Source: Gekko japonicus
Taxonomy: Eukaryota
Direction: 5' to 3'
Assembly (NCBI RefSeq): GCF_001447785.1
Contig: NW_015171606.1
Span: 1-64,000 of the forward strand
Length of the DNA: 64,000 bases
Shown: positions 1 to 11,196 of the stretch, piece by piece
Numbering within the stretch: the stretch's first letter is position 1
Layout: the number at the start of each line of letters is the position of its first letter
Notes under the pieces: generated by a model
Told to the model about the DNA's origin: nothing
The model's database searches: none
What the model saw: only the letters and a program-made list of their open reading frames with translations
Made by a program: the position numbers and the translations under genes

Positions 1-381
1 TTTCTGTGTAAAAATCCTTATTTCTAAAGGGAAAGGTACACGGGGAATCTACAAAACAACAAACACTTAAGACTACATGCTTACAGTTACAAGTACAACA
101 GACAGACCAGTTGGTAATGGATATTCTTCTTTCTTCTTGACCCCTAGAAGGAAATCACCTGAACACATTAACCAATGATTGTGAGTAAATAGACTCCAAT
201 TTCCCGGGCTTTCTCTCCATTGGCTTTCTGCCAGGTTCCCTTCCAGGTCAGTCTAAACAGTAGCACACAANNNNNNNNNNNNNNNNNNNNNNNNNNNNNN
301 NNNNNNNNNNNNNNNNNNNNNNNNNNNNNNNNNNNNNNNNNNNNNNNNNNNNNNNNNNNNNNNNNNNNNNNNNNNNNNNNN

Positions 382-845
382 TCTTGCAGTATAGATTATT
401 TCACCGTGCCCTACAACAATAAAATCTCATCATACACATATTTGACCTCTCATGTACTAACTATCCTTAATTGACATCAAACAGATGTATCCATAAGGCA
501 CCTGACTTACAATTTCAACTATATAATTTTAATAGGCATACTATTTTCCTAACTGTTGTTGAAAGCTTAAATTTAACTTCTTTCAAATTTTCCCAATCAA
601 GCTTGTCAACGTCTAGCTTATCTAATATCGGGTACCATTTGTCTAATGGGTTTAAAAGTTCGCTATCATCAACCTCCCTGTTAGTAATCATTGAAATTTT
701 TTCTAATACATAGAAATCCCAAGTTTTATGTAACCACTGCTGTAGTATGGAGGGAGTCTGGGCTTTCCAGGATTGTGCAATCACTACTTTAGCTGCTGCT
801 ATTAGCAAATGGATCAGCTGCCTTCTTTTAACAAGTGGACTGTCT
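382..845 (-). mobile_element. L1-like LINE ORF2 C-terminal remnant
   Basis: Minus ORF LIAAAKVVIAQSWK...QQWLHKTWD resembles the C-terminal tail of non-mammalian L1 ORF2. Confidence 0.6.
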
Positions 846-1677
846 TCAGGCCATAGATGCAGTAGGATCAGGACTGGATCTAAGGGTAGGGTATACCCTG
901 TTAGGAGTTCTACTTGATGTAAAACCTGTTTCCATAATTGCTGTATAGCTGGACACTCCCACCAACTGTGATAGAACGTCGCTTTGTTTCCGCACTACTT
1001 CCAGCAAAGTGCGGAGGGTTGAGGGTAGATCTTTGATAGTCTGACAGGAGTGAGGTGCCACCTGTATAAGACTTTAAACGCAGATTCCTGGATTAATGAC
1101 TGGATTTAGACCTTGCAACGCACACATTTCCAACAATAGGGACTGCCATACAAAACAAAAAAAGTCTTCATCCAGAGGGAAGCAAACAAATCTCCCTGGG
1201 GAGGGAGCGCCAAAGTTTGGGTGCCATGACTGAGAAGGCCCTTCTTTCAGGTTGCCCACCCATCTACCCACAAACAGCAGGGGCCCCTGAAGCAGGGCCT
1301 CTGAAGGTGACCGGGATGGTTGGGGTAGGTTCCTATGGGGATAGGCAGTCCTTCAAGTATACTGGCCCCAAGTGGCATAGCCCCTTGACTTGGGCTTGGA
1401 AGCAAATTGGGAGCCAATGTAGACGGAACAAGACTGTAGGGATATGTTGCTGACTCTAACCACTGCCCAGGTCAGTTTACAGTAGTGCCTGCTAAGAGAG
1501 GAGCATCTGATATGGGCCTCTCTTTTCTTGGCAAGGGCCCTTTACGACTTCAGGAGGATTCAGCACTGCTAGGCCATGGTCTCCCCTTCCTGCCTTTGTG
1601 TTGTGCCCTTCCTTCAAGGAGTTCAGGGTGGTGAACAGGGCTCTTCCTTGCCCATTTCATCCTCTCAGCAATCCTGT

Positions 1678-1870
1678 TAGAGTTGCCAACCTCCAGGTGG
1701 TGACTGGACATCTCCTGGAATTACAGCTAATTTCCAGGTTCACCTGGAGAAAATGGCCTCTTTGGAAGGTGGACTCTATAGCACTATACCCCATTAAAGT
1801 CCCTCCCCTCCCCAAATCCCATCCTCCCCAAAATCTCCAGGTATTTCCCAACTCAGAGTGGGCAACCTTA
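1678..1870 (+). mobile_element. hAT-like MITE (TAGGGTTGCCA terminal family), degenerate
   Basis: tagagttgcca...ggcaacctta termini; similar copies at 16133-16343 (opposite orientation) and 17370-18321. Confidence 0.6.
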
Positions 1871-2374
1871 TGTGAGAGTGACTAGACCAAGGTGACCCGT
1901 CCTTCGCCCAACACTCCTAGCCTTCACACCACTCTGGTTCCCCATACAAGGTGAACATCCGGCCTCTGGAGTAGAGTTGAGTGTCAGGTTGGTGTACCTA
2001 ACCTGTATTTTTAGATGAAGCTGTATTTTGCTATGAATTACTCATGATCGCTATGATGTGTTCCAGCCTGTTGTCCAGAGTTAGTCCCTGTCAGCCATGA
2101 TTCTGTACTGTATTTTTTTATTAAGTTATACATTGAATGTTAATGTTTTTGTACATTTTATGGCATCATGCCTTGTACATCGCCCAGAGCCTGGCGCAAG
2201 CTGGTATAGGGCGATTAATCATTGTTGTTGTTGTTGTTGTTGAAGTGGCTGAGGGCAATGAGCTGAATAAGGTCAGTCTGGTGGCTAAGAGTGCATTTTA
2301 TTATCTGAAGGGAAATTGACCCCCTGCTTGAATTTGTCTGAACTGGCTGTACTGCAGCCGATGGGCAATAGATT

Positions 2375-2668
2375 CAGGACAAGACAAAAGGAAATACCGC
2401 TTTACACAGAGGAACAAAAATGTGGAATCTGCTGCCAGAGGGTGTGGTGATGGCCATAGGAGTAGAAAGCTTTAAAAGGGGATTAGACAGATTCATGGAG
2501 GATAGATCTGTCAGTGGCTGCTTGCCATGGTGATTGAGGGGAACCTCCACATTTAGAGGCAGTCAACCCCTGAATCCCAGTGCCAGGAGGCAACATCAGG
2601 GCCACTGTGTGAGACAGAATGCTGAACTAGATGGACTACTGGTCTGATTCACCAGGGCTCTTCTTATG
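2375..2668 (+). mobile_element. CR1 LINE 3' fragment
   Basis: ORF2-end motif (DKRK..FTQR..MWN.LP) plus 3' UTR ending ctcttcttatgtt. Confidence 0.8.
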
Positions 2669-2869
2669 TTTACTAATCTATGCTACAGTAATCTCTGGCC
2701 TGGATCTGTAACATGCTCAACACAGGGTTACCTTTGAAGACAACCTGGAGACATCATCTGAGGCAAATTGCTGCAGCCCACTTGTCAGTGGGCGTCTGTA
2801 GGAACATGCCCATTATGCCAAACACTGTGTTGGCTGCCTCCTTTATATTTGGGTTTAGTATAAGATGTT

Positions 2870-2998
2870 CAGAGGACATCATAAGACTTCAGAGTATAAG
2901 ACTTCAGAGGACAGCGGAAGACAGGAGGGCCTGGCGGGAGCTGGTCCATGGGGTCGCGAAGAGTTGGACTCGACTGTGCGACTGAACAACAACAAAAA
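2870..2998 (+). mobile_element. BovB (RTE) LINE 3' end with 10-bp TSD ataagatgtt
   Basis: [22 protein letters not shown] plus (caa)n tail; TSD at 2860-2869 and 2999-3008. Confidence 0.85.
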
Positions 2999-4079
2999 AT
3001 AAGATGTTGGTTATTACCTATCAAGACCTATTACCTATCAAGTTGGTTATTACCTATCAGGGCCTGAGAAGGTCAAAGAAACCTCAATGTGACTTCTTCA
3101 GTGTATCTGTCCTGTTTATGCGCCTGTTGGCTAAATTAGGAAAGGCCAGCATCTGTATCCTCCAGGGCCACTGTGGATGATGATCCAAGAGCCAGAAATA
3201 TGTGTTGGCTGCACAATTCAGACCCTTAAGAGCTGTCGCATTAGTTCAACTTTTGGATCCAGCTTTGTTTTTCTTACCAGTGATACTTTGGCCATCTCTT
3301 TTTAAGCACATCTTGGTTAATTGAACAAACAATTTCTACCCCATCTTGTAAAACAGATAGCAGTTTGTTTTATAGTTGGATCACTGGGCGGAGGTGGGGG
3401 GGGAGAGAGAGGTCTATCAAGTAAAAGCCAGCATGGCAGGGGTCATTTCCTGCAGGAGCGCACAGGAGCGGAGCTCCGGCAGTAAAGAGCCCAGGGGGCG
3501 GGCACGTGCAACAAGCCCCACCCCCTGCTCCCAGCAGCCCCTCAGTCAGAGCAAGAAGCAGCCAGGTAGGTTGCAGAGCTCCTCCCAGCCCCCCAGTCCA
3601 AAACAGTCCAGTGGCACCTTTAAGACCAGGTTTTATTCAGGTACAAGCTCTCCCTCCTCTGTGAGGGCAGATCTGCATGTCTCCCNNNNNNNNNNNNNNN
3701 NNNNNNNNNNNNNNNNNNNNNNNNNNNNNNATATTTGACTAGTTTCAGATCCCCAGTCGATGTTCAGTAGGTTGGCCAGGCATGCTCTCTCAGTTTAATT
3801 AACCTCACAGACTTTTTATGAAGATAAAACATGAAGGTCAACCTCCGTATGCTGTCTTGAGCTTCATTGAGGAAAGGTGGGGGGGTGGGCTTGAAAGGCT
3901 GATGTAGTAGTAAGAAAGGAGCTGAATTTGAGCATAACCCTATGTTCTTTCTGGTCCACCTGTGTATCCCAGTGATACTCTGCAAATCATGGAGAGTCAC
4001 ATTCACAGTTCTCATCAACCAAAAGATCCGTGTGACTGCTGTATGCCCTGCGTGCTACCCCAAACACACACAAACAGTA

Positions 4080-4434
4080 AAGGTAAAGGTAGAGGTTCCC
4101 TTGCTCGAAAGCCAGTCGAATCCGACTCTAGGGTTGCGGTGCTCATCTCCGTTTCAAAGCCGAAGAGCCAGCGCTGTCCAAAGACGTTTCCGTGGTCATG
4201 TGGCCGGCATGACTAAACACCAAGGCGCACGGAACGCTGTCACCTTCCCACCGAAGCGGTGCCTATTTATCTCCTTGCAATTTCTTGCTTTCGAACTGCT
4301 AGGTTGGCAGGAGCTGGAACTAGAGACGGGAGCTCACCCTGTCTTGCGGCACCCGGGTCTTGAACCGCTGAACTACTGACCTTCCACAGCCTGCAGTTCA
4401 GCGTCTTAACCACTTGAGCCACCGCAGCTTGTTT
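4080..4434 (-). mobile_element. Sauria SINE, full length
   Basis: (accttt)n tail, tRNA-like head; TSD cacaaacagta at 4069-4079 and 4435-4445. Confidence 0.9.
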
Positions 4435-5613
4435 CACAAACAGTACTATGGAATATAACCCTTTTAATTACCAGAGTACCTCCAAGCATCTAGTGTTGTT
4501 TTTCCCGACGACTGGGTTTTCTTTTATGGGCAAGTGTTCCATAGTGGTATGCCTCATTCAGCTGCACATGTTGTCCCAGTTCCAAACATAGACTCCCTGC
4601 ATCTGCACAACTATGATATAATTGCCCATTTCGATTTCTAAAGTAATTGCCCATTTTCCTGGTACATAGAGTGGGTGCCTTGGGTAACAGTACCAGTACT
4701 CAGAAGAGCTACAGGTTGCATGTCAAAGAGCCACATGTGGGGCTGAACCACTGAGCATCACTACTTTATCATGGGTTTAATAATGTATTAAGAGCATATA
4801 TTCATATGTCTACTCTAAGTCAGTTAACTACTTCAAAACAATCAAACTTGCTTCATTGTATCTGCAGTAGATTGGTTAATCTGCTTGATTTTTAATCATT
4901 TCCTGGCTCATATTCAATGCCTGCTTATAAGGAGACAGCATCATGTATTTTTGAGAATTATGGGATTTGTTTTGGTAGTGTGTTTTTTCAGGTTTCTCCA
5001 TGTGTTTTCACCATGTTAATTTCCCAAAAGCAAATTGCATTTGACTTTTAAATTGTTTAAAGGCAATCTGAAGAGTGACTTGCTAACTAGTATTTTCAAA
5101 ATGTTTGGTTATTTTTTCACCCTAACCACTATTTCCCCCCCCCATCATGTCATAATGTTAAAAGTTCATTTTCAGCTACATTTCACCCTCCTATCCTCTG
5201 AAGAAAACAAAATACGTATTTGAGTCAGCCAATGGATCCACCAACTTAGCCTCAGCATTTTTGTCTATATTAGGAATTTCAATTCCGCTTTGGTGCTTCT
5301 GATGGGGACGTCACTGTGTACTCTGTTGTTATGATGTTGACCCTACTCAGAATATGGAACTTTGGTAGCACAGAAAGATCTAACCATTCTTTCTTCACTA
5401 TCAGCATTTAGAGGGTTTAGAAAGAATGGTAATTTAAAAAAAAAAAATTCTCCTCCACATACACCTGAAAAACAACTCAGTGCGAAAGAGGAATAGAATT
5501 ACTTTTGACTTCTGTGACTGGACATTCATATTTCTAATATTTTCTGCTCTGGGAAATGTGACTGTGGGATAAATACAATATTGAGTTGTGAGAACAAGGA
5601 ATACTTGAGCATT

Positions 5614-5822
5614 GGGGAGGGGCTATGGCTCAGTGGTAGGGCATCTGCTTGGCATTCAGAAGGTCCCAGGTTCAATCCCTGGCGTCTGCAGTTTAATGCG
5701 TGCAGTAGTACATGAGGTGAAAGACCTCTACCTAAGACCTCTGAGAGCCACTATCAGTCTGAGTAGCCAATACTGACTTTGGTGGAGCCAGTGGTCAGAT
5801 TCAATATAAGGCTGCTTAATGT
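5614..5822 (+). mobile_element. tRNA-Ala-like SINE with CR1-type 3' tail
   Basis: GGGGCTATGGCTCAGTGGTAG box A and GGTTCAATCCC box B; same family at 23730, 36135, 53066 and 57035. Confidence 0.8.
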
Positions 5823-5929
5823 CTCCATTTCTTTATTTATAGATTTGTATCTTTCTATTTAGTTAACGTTCTCAGTAGTACAATTGCACTATGAGATCTT
5901 TTTTGGGGGGGGGTTGTATATTTTTAACA

Positions 5930-6161
5930 TGTGTGTGTATGAGTGTGCGTATGTGCACCTGGGAGTCATGGCGACCTCTGGTGACTGACCCTTACTGGAA
6001 GCCCTGAGGATATTCAGAGAGGTGGCTGAATAAAGCCCGCCCCCGCCTCGCAACTGCTGGTCTTCCAAGGAGGCCTCCCATCCAAGTACTTGGCAGCGTC
6101 GACCCTGCTTAGCTTCCGAGGTCTGACGAGATCGGGTTTGCCTGGGCTATCCAGGTCAGGG
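5930..6161 (-). mobile_element. 5S rRNA-derived SINE (SINE3/5S-Sauria-like)
   Basis: Reverse strand reads CCCGATCTCGTCAGACCTCGGAAGCTAAGCAGGGTCG..GTACTTGGATGGGAG (5S internal promoter region), followed by a non-5S body. Confidence 0.8.
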
Positions 6162-6202
6162 TGCACTATGAGATTTTAATGTCAAAGTAGGCAGTTGAAT
6201 AT

Positions 6203-6485
6203 GTTTGGTGTAGTGGTTTGGCGTAGTAATCTGGGAGAACCGGATTTGATTCCCCAACTCCTCCACTTGCGGCTGCTGGATGACCTTGGGCAAGCCATAG
6301 TTCTGAGAAGAGTTGTCCTTGAACGGGCAGTTCTTGAAAGAGCTCTCTCAGCCCCACCTACCTCACAGGGTGTCTGTTGTGGGGAGGGGAAGGGAAAGGA
6401 GTTTGTAAGCCGCTCTGAGACTCCGAGTGAAGGGTGGGGTATAAATCCAATTTCTCTTCCTCTTCTCCTTCTCCTCCTCCTCCTG
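6203..6485 (+). mobile_element. Squam3/MIR-like (CORE) SINE
   Basis: tRNA head TTTGGTGTAGTGG, CORE-like CCTCACAGGGTGTCTGTTGTGGGGAG, (ctt/ctc)n tail. Confidence 0.85.
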
Positions 6486-6934
6486 CTGACACCAGTAAGA
6501 GACCTCATTTTATCTCTGTCTTAACTGGATATCACTGTGTTAAAAATAATTTGGAGATTGTTGAAGAGTATTTGAGACTCCTTAAGGTAGAGAAAAGTGT
6601 GGTATAAAAAACTACTCCTCTTCTACTTTGTAAGCATGCTGAAGCATTTTATTAAAATAATGTGGAAGGTTGGTGCGGCAGCCAGAGAAGTGGGGCTTTG
6701 GGGCATGATTCCCCCAGTTGGTTTATGCTCAGCAGCATTTTTTCAGTTGAGTGAAGAAGGATTCTTTGTTGTCTTGTGGGATGGGAGTTTATCTGCAACA
6801 TTCGGTTTCCAGATGTTTTCATGACATGAAATCATCTGCTGCACCAGTGGGGGGAAAAACCTCACACAAACACATTGCTTCAGTGCCGAAGGGTAGTGTC
6901 AGGACAACAGGCTTACCTCAAAATGTGGAGTACT

Positions 6935-7330
6935 CAGGGCTCTTTTTGTAGAAAAAGCCCAGCAGGAACTCATTAGCATAATAGGCCACACCCAACAGCA
7001 GGAACTCATTAGCATATTGGGCCACACCCCTGACATCACAGCTCATTAGCACATTAGGCCACACCCCCATGTTACCAGAAGTGTGGTTATCCAGCCACAC
7101 CCACCTTTTGCTTGTTATGCTGTTTACCTTGTTTGTTGTCAAAACCCAGGGCCTTTTTTGTAGCAGGAACTCCTTTGCATGTTAGGCCACACACCCCTAA
7201 TGTAGCCAATCCTAATGAATTTCTGCTGTTGGGTGTGGCCTATTATGTTAATAGGTTCCTGCTGGGTGTGGCCAACTTGGGAGCCAGCCGGAACTCCGTT
7301 CCTGTGCGTTCCTGCCCAAAAATAGCCCTG
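6935..7330 (+). mobile_element. hAT MITE (CAGGGCT...AGCCCTG termini)
   Basis: Short TIRs; near-identical copy at 58068-58462. Confidence 0.8.
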
Positions 7331-8520
7331 GTCCGAGTACCTGAATAGTTGTGCGGGAGACGTATAAAAAACACCAGATGGTGCTGTCCTTCTAAGTTTC
7401 GTATAGCATTCCTATATCTTTTTGTTTTGCTGAAGTTCCTTCCACATCCAGTTAGCATGGCCAAAAACCCTGCCAGGATAAGTTGAACTAAAGTAGCACT
7501 TTGAAGAAGTAGTTCCATGCATTCGTTCTGTTACCATGTTCTTTGGGGAACTGCATACATTTTCTTTCTTGGTTAGGAGCTGCCAAGAAAGTGTTCCAGT
7601 TAAGCCCCTATTTGTTAACGTTGCTGTCTCAGTTCCCCCCCCCCCCTTTGGTTTTGGCAGTTAAAAAAATGCTGAAATGCTGCTTTAACTGAGTGGGGAA
7701 CAAGACAGTCTTTTCACGGTGCGCCCATCATATTGGATCTAACCTGAGATCCCTCGATCCCTCAGACCGTATATGTGTTAATGGGTGTGACACAGCCCAG
7801 AGAATATTAGGCATGTGTTGAGTAGCAGGGCCCCATTGCCTCTAAAATACTTGGTAAACCAGTTAGTCCAATAAGACCAAATGTTTGGTTATCGTGAAAG
7901 AAGGGATTAAATAACTGTTGGGGTGAGTGGAATTCTAAACCATTGCGCTGATTCCCACAGACATTTTCTATTAACTTCGGCCTTTCTATCCAACACGGGG
8001 AGCCTGCCCACCAACACGGGTACAAGAGCCGTCTTGCGTTGGGGGAAGAATCCTTGCACCGGAACAATGTTCTGCCCATTAGTGGAGCAGACGCAAAAGA
8101 CCATAAAGAAGTTATGCAAAGTGGTCCAAATATGACAGTGTTAATTTTTAATCCTGGCACCAAAAACCCAAAGCCTTCCAACACGTAAAAGAAATGGAAT
8201 TAAACAAAACACACACATCAACTGTAATAGACAACAGTCTGTGTTTCTGTGCGGTTATAATGTTGGGCAGACGGGGGTGCATGTTCCTAAATAGGGAAGG
8301 GGCACATACAGACCTGCAGGATAAAAGAACTTCTCCTTTGTTCTCAGATAAATACCATGAAGTGGATTTTAAAAATGGAGGCCACCATATGTATAAGGGC
8401 TGCTTCACAGCCAAGGTCAGCTAGCTGACTGGCAAGTCAACCCTAGCCCTCTGTTGAAGCCTCTGGGAGCTAAGCATTTCTTTCCTGTAGGTTGCATTGG
8501 ACCTTAGCTTGTCCACTGAG

Positions 8521-8919
8521 TAGGGTTGCCAACCCCCCCGGTTTGCCAGGGGTCCCCCGTTTTGGGCCCCACCCCCAGGACCCACAGCCACCCATCTCTC
8601 TCCCTTTAAGTGTGTGGAACCCATGTTTCCTCCCAAGCCCGATCGCCGCAAGCTTGCGGGGAAATGCCAGCTTCGTGCTCTTAAAAGGGAAACGTGGCTG
8701 CTCTTAAAGGGGAAATGCCGGCTCCTGCATTTAAAAGGGGAACACTGGCTCCTTTAAGTGCAGGGAACTGCTGTTTCTGGAGATCCGGCGCATGGGCAGG
8801 TGGGGGGAGGGCGGCCAGACGTCTCCAATGTGATGTCATCACATCAGGGATGCCCCGCCCCCTCCAGGAACGCCCCCAAAGTCCCCCGCTGGGGGTGGAA
8901 GATGGACTTGGCAACCCTA
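8521..8919. mobile_element. hAT-like MITE, TAGGGTTGCCAA TIRs, 8-bp TSD ccactgag
   Basis: Perfect 12-bp TIRs; TSD at 8513-8520 and 8920-8927. Confidence 0.9.
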
Positions 8920-9099
8920 CCACTGAGTGATGATAGCTGTCATTGGACTGCAGGCAGACTTCTAAGTACCCGTTTGCCTGATTGTGTGTTATAAGGACGG
9001 CCTCCAGACAAGGATGGTTTTAAGCTTTTTTCCCCTCCTCTTTAGTTCGTGGCAGATTGCTAACACTGTGTGGGCTAGTGAGTTTTACTTCTAGAAAAG

Positions 9100-10740
9100 A
9101 GTTCTCCAACTTCAGCTACTTTGAGTGTATTATTATAGGAGTACCTCTCTGGATTGATACAATGAACATTTCAGTCGAAGGTGTCCACTCTACCTTTCTG
9201 CGAAAGATCATGGGGGTACCTATGTGTGTTCCATATGCCACATTATGTTTGGAGTGCAGTCGGAATTTGTTGGCTACTAGGGCATGGATCCACACTATTA
9301 AATTTTGGTTACAACTCCATTCCAGCTCTGAGCCCCCCTTAGTTATATGTACCAACTACTTTCTGAATCTGTTAATTCCAGNNNNNNNNNNNNNNNNNNN
9401 NNNNNNNNNNNNNNNNNNNNNNNNNNNNNNNNNNNNNNNNNNNNNNNNNNNNNNNNNNNNNNNNNNNNNNNNNNNNNNNNNNNNNNNNNNNNNNNNNNNN
9501 NNNNNNNNNNNNNNNNNNNNNNNNNNNNNNNNNNNNNNNNNNNNNNNNNNNNNNNNNNNNNNNNNNNNNNNNNNNNNNNNNNNNNNNNNNNNNNNNNNNN
9601 NNNNNNNNNNNNNNNNNNNNNNNNNNNNNNNNNNNNNNNNNNNNNNNNNNNNNNNNNNNNNNNNNNNNNNNNNNNNNNNNNNNNNNNNNNNNNNNNNNNN
9701 NNNNNNNNNNNNNNNNNNNNNNNNNNNNNNNNNNNNNNNNNNNNNNNNNNNNNNNNNNNNNNNNNNNNNNNNNNNNNNNNNNNNNNNNNNNNNNNNNNNN
9801 NNNNNNNNNNNNNNNNNNNNNNNNNNNNNNNNNNNNNNNNNNNNNNNNNNNNNNNNNNNNNNNNNNNNNNNNNNNNNNNNNNNNNNNNNNNNNNNNNNNN
9901 NNNNNNNNNNNNNNNNNNNNNNNNNNNNNNNNNNNNNNNNNNNNNNNNNNNNNNNNNNNNNNNNNNNNNNNNNNNNNNNNNNNNNNNNNNNNNNNNNNNN
10001 NNNNNNNNNNNNNNNNNNNNNNNNNNNNNNNNNNNNNNNNNNNNNNNNNNNNNNNNNNNNNNNNNNNNNNNNNNNNNNNNNNNNNNNNNNNNNNNNNNNN
10101 NNNNNNNATCCCATATTAGCCCAACTTTTAGAGACCTCTGATGATTTTAAGGTCCTTTTTTTTTTTGCTTGATAACCCAGATACAAAAATAGGTAAAGGT
10201 AAAGGTTCCCTTGCTCGAAAGCCAGTCGAATCCGACTCTAGGGTTGCAGTGCTCATCTCCGTTTCAAAGCCGAAGAGCCAGTGCTGTCCGAAGACGTTTC
10301 CGTGGTCATGTGGCCGGCACGACTAAACACCAAGGCGCACGGAACGCTGTTACCTTCCCACCAAAGTGGTACCTATTTATCTACTTGCAATTTCTTGCTT
10401 TTGAACTGCTAGGTTGGCAGGAGCTGGAACTAGAGACGGGAGCTCACTCAGTCATGCGGCACACTTGGGTCTCGAACTGCTGAACTACCGACCTTCCACA
10501 GCCTGCAGTTCAGCGTCTTAACCACTTGAGCCACTGCAGCTCCAGATACAAAAATAACTGAGTAGCAAAGTTTCTTTGCAGTGCCATGGTCACAATTCTT
10601 GATAAGTGATGCTATGAATTAGGTTTTATTATGCTGTTACTCTGTTTGTTTATTCTTCAACTCTAATTTTACCCTGCACAGATTTTGTATTTAGATTATT
10701 GTATCTGCATGTATATGGCAATAAAGGCTTGTCTAAAAGG
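9100..10740 (+). mobile_element. RTE-X-like LINE 3' remnant, spanning a gap and interrupted by a Sauria SINE
   Basis: VEGVHSTFLRKIMGVPMCVPYATLCLE resembles the post-RT region; aataaa near 10720. Confidence 0.5.
10192..10541 (-). mobile_element. Sauria SINE, full length
   Basis: 15-bp TSD ccagatacaaaaata at 10177-10191 and 10542-10556. Confidence 0.9.
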
Positions 10741-11116
10741 AAATAAAACTGTTCTGTTCTTGGTAGAGTCCGGTTTTGCATTCCCCAGGTGTTAATATGT
10801 AACCTGGAAATTATGCTTCATTAAAGCAGAGTCCCCTAACTGATACATTTCCTAATTAAATTGAGTTTTGTGACCTTTGGGAAGTGTATGTGTATGGTAG
10901 TAGACAAATTCCTTATCATGAAGCTACTGCCTCTTTTAGATGGTGCTCTAATGGAGCATGTAATATACTTTCAGCCTTCACAGTCTGTGTAAAATGATAG
11001 ATGGCTGAAATGTCTCCAAAACTGTGTGGGTTTGAATCTTCTGTTAGGAAATACGGGTAACTTGCTAAGCTGTTTGTATAGCTGACTTAAAGTAATCTTT
11101 CTGTTTTCTTTTCAAG

Positions 11117-11196
11117 ATCCCCACATTAAAGTCTCTGGGAAAAAAGAAAATGTTAAAGAAGCAAAGGAGAAGATCATGTCTGTCTTGGACACAAAA
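11117..11196 (+). CDS. BICC1: BICC1 exon 4 equivalent (80 bp): (D)[26 protein letters not shown]
   Basis: ttttcaag acceptor, gtaag donor at 11197; translation matches the KH1 C-terminus. Confidence 0.95.

Noticed and set aside
3942-4379. Recurrent peptide [21 protein letters not shown] in several ORFs
   Set aside because: Antisense translation of Sauria SINE copies, not a gene family.
5614-5690. Possible tRNA-Ala genes (also 53066-53140 and others)
   Set aside because: Degenerate cloverleaf followed by a shared SINE body and CR1-like tail in five copies.
6960-7070. Short repeated units (cagcaggaactcattagcat...ggccacaccc) resembling a CRISPR-like array
   Set aside because: Subterminal repeats of a hAT MITE in a eukaryotic intron, with no unique spacers.
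7807-8424. Cluster of short ORFs on both strands in non-repeat sequence
   Set aside because: No recognisable protein similarity or consistent splice signals; may be regulatory, but this is unsupported.
9057-10186. Long ORFs in the track (371, 264 and 276 aa), and likewise those at 14402-15420 and 34189-34751
   Set aside because: Artefacts of translating through N gaps (271-381, 3686-3730, 9382-10107, 14522-14957, 34220-34520).
1-11100. BICC1 exon 3 (IMEETNTQIAWPSKLKIGAKSKK)
   Set aside because: No matching sequence found; attcatggagga at ~2491 belongs to CR1. The exon lies upstream of the window or in a gap.
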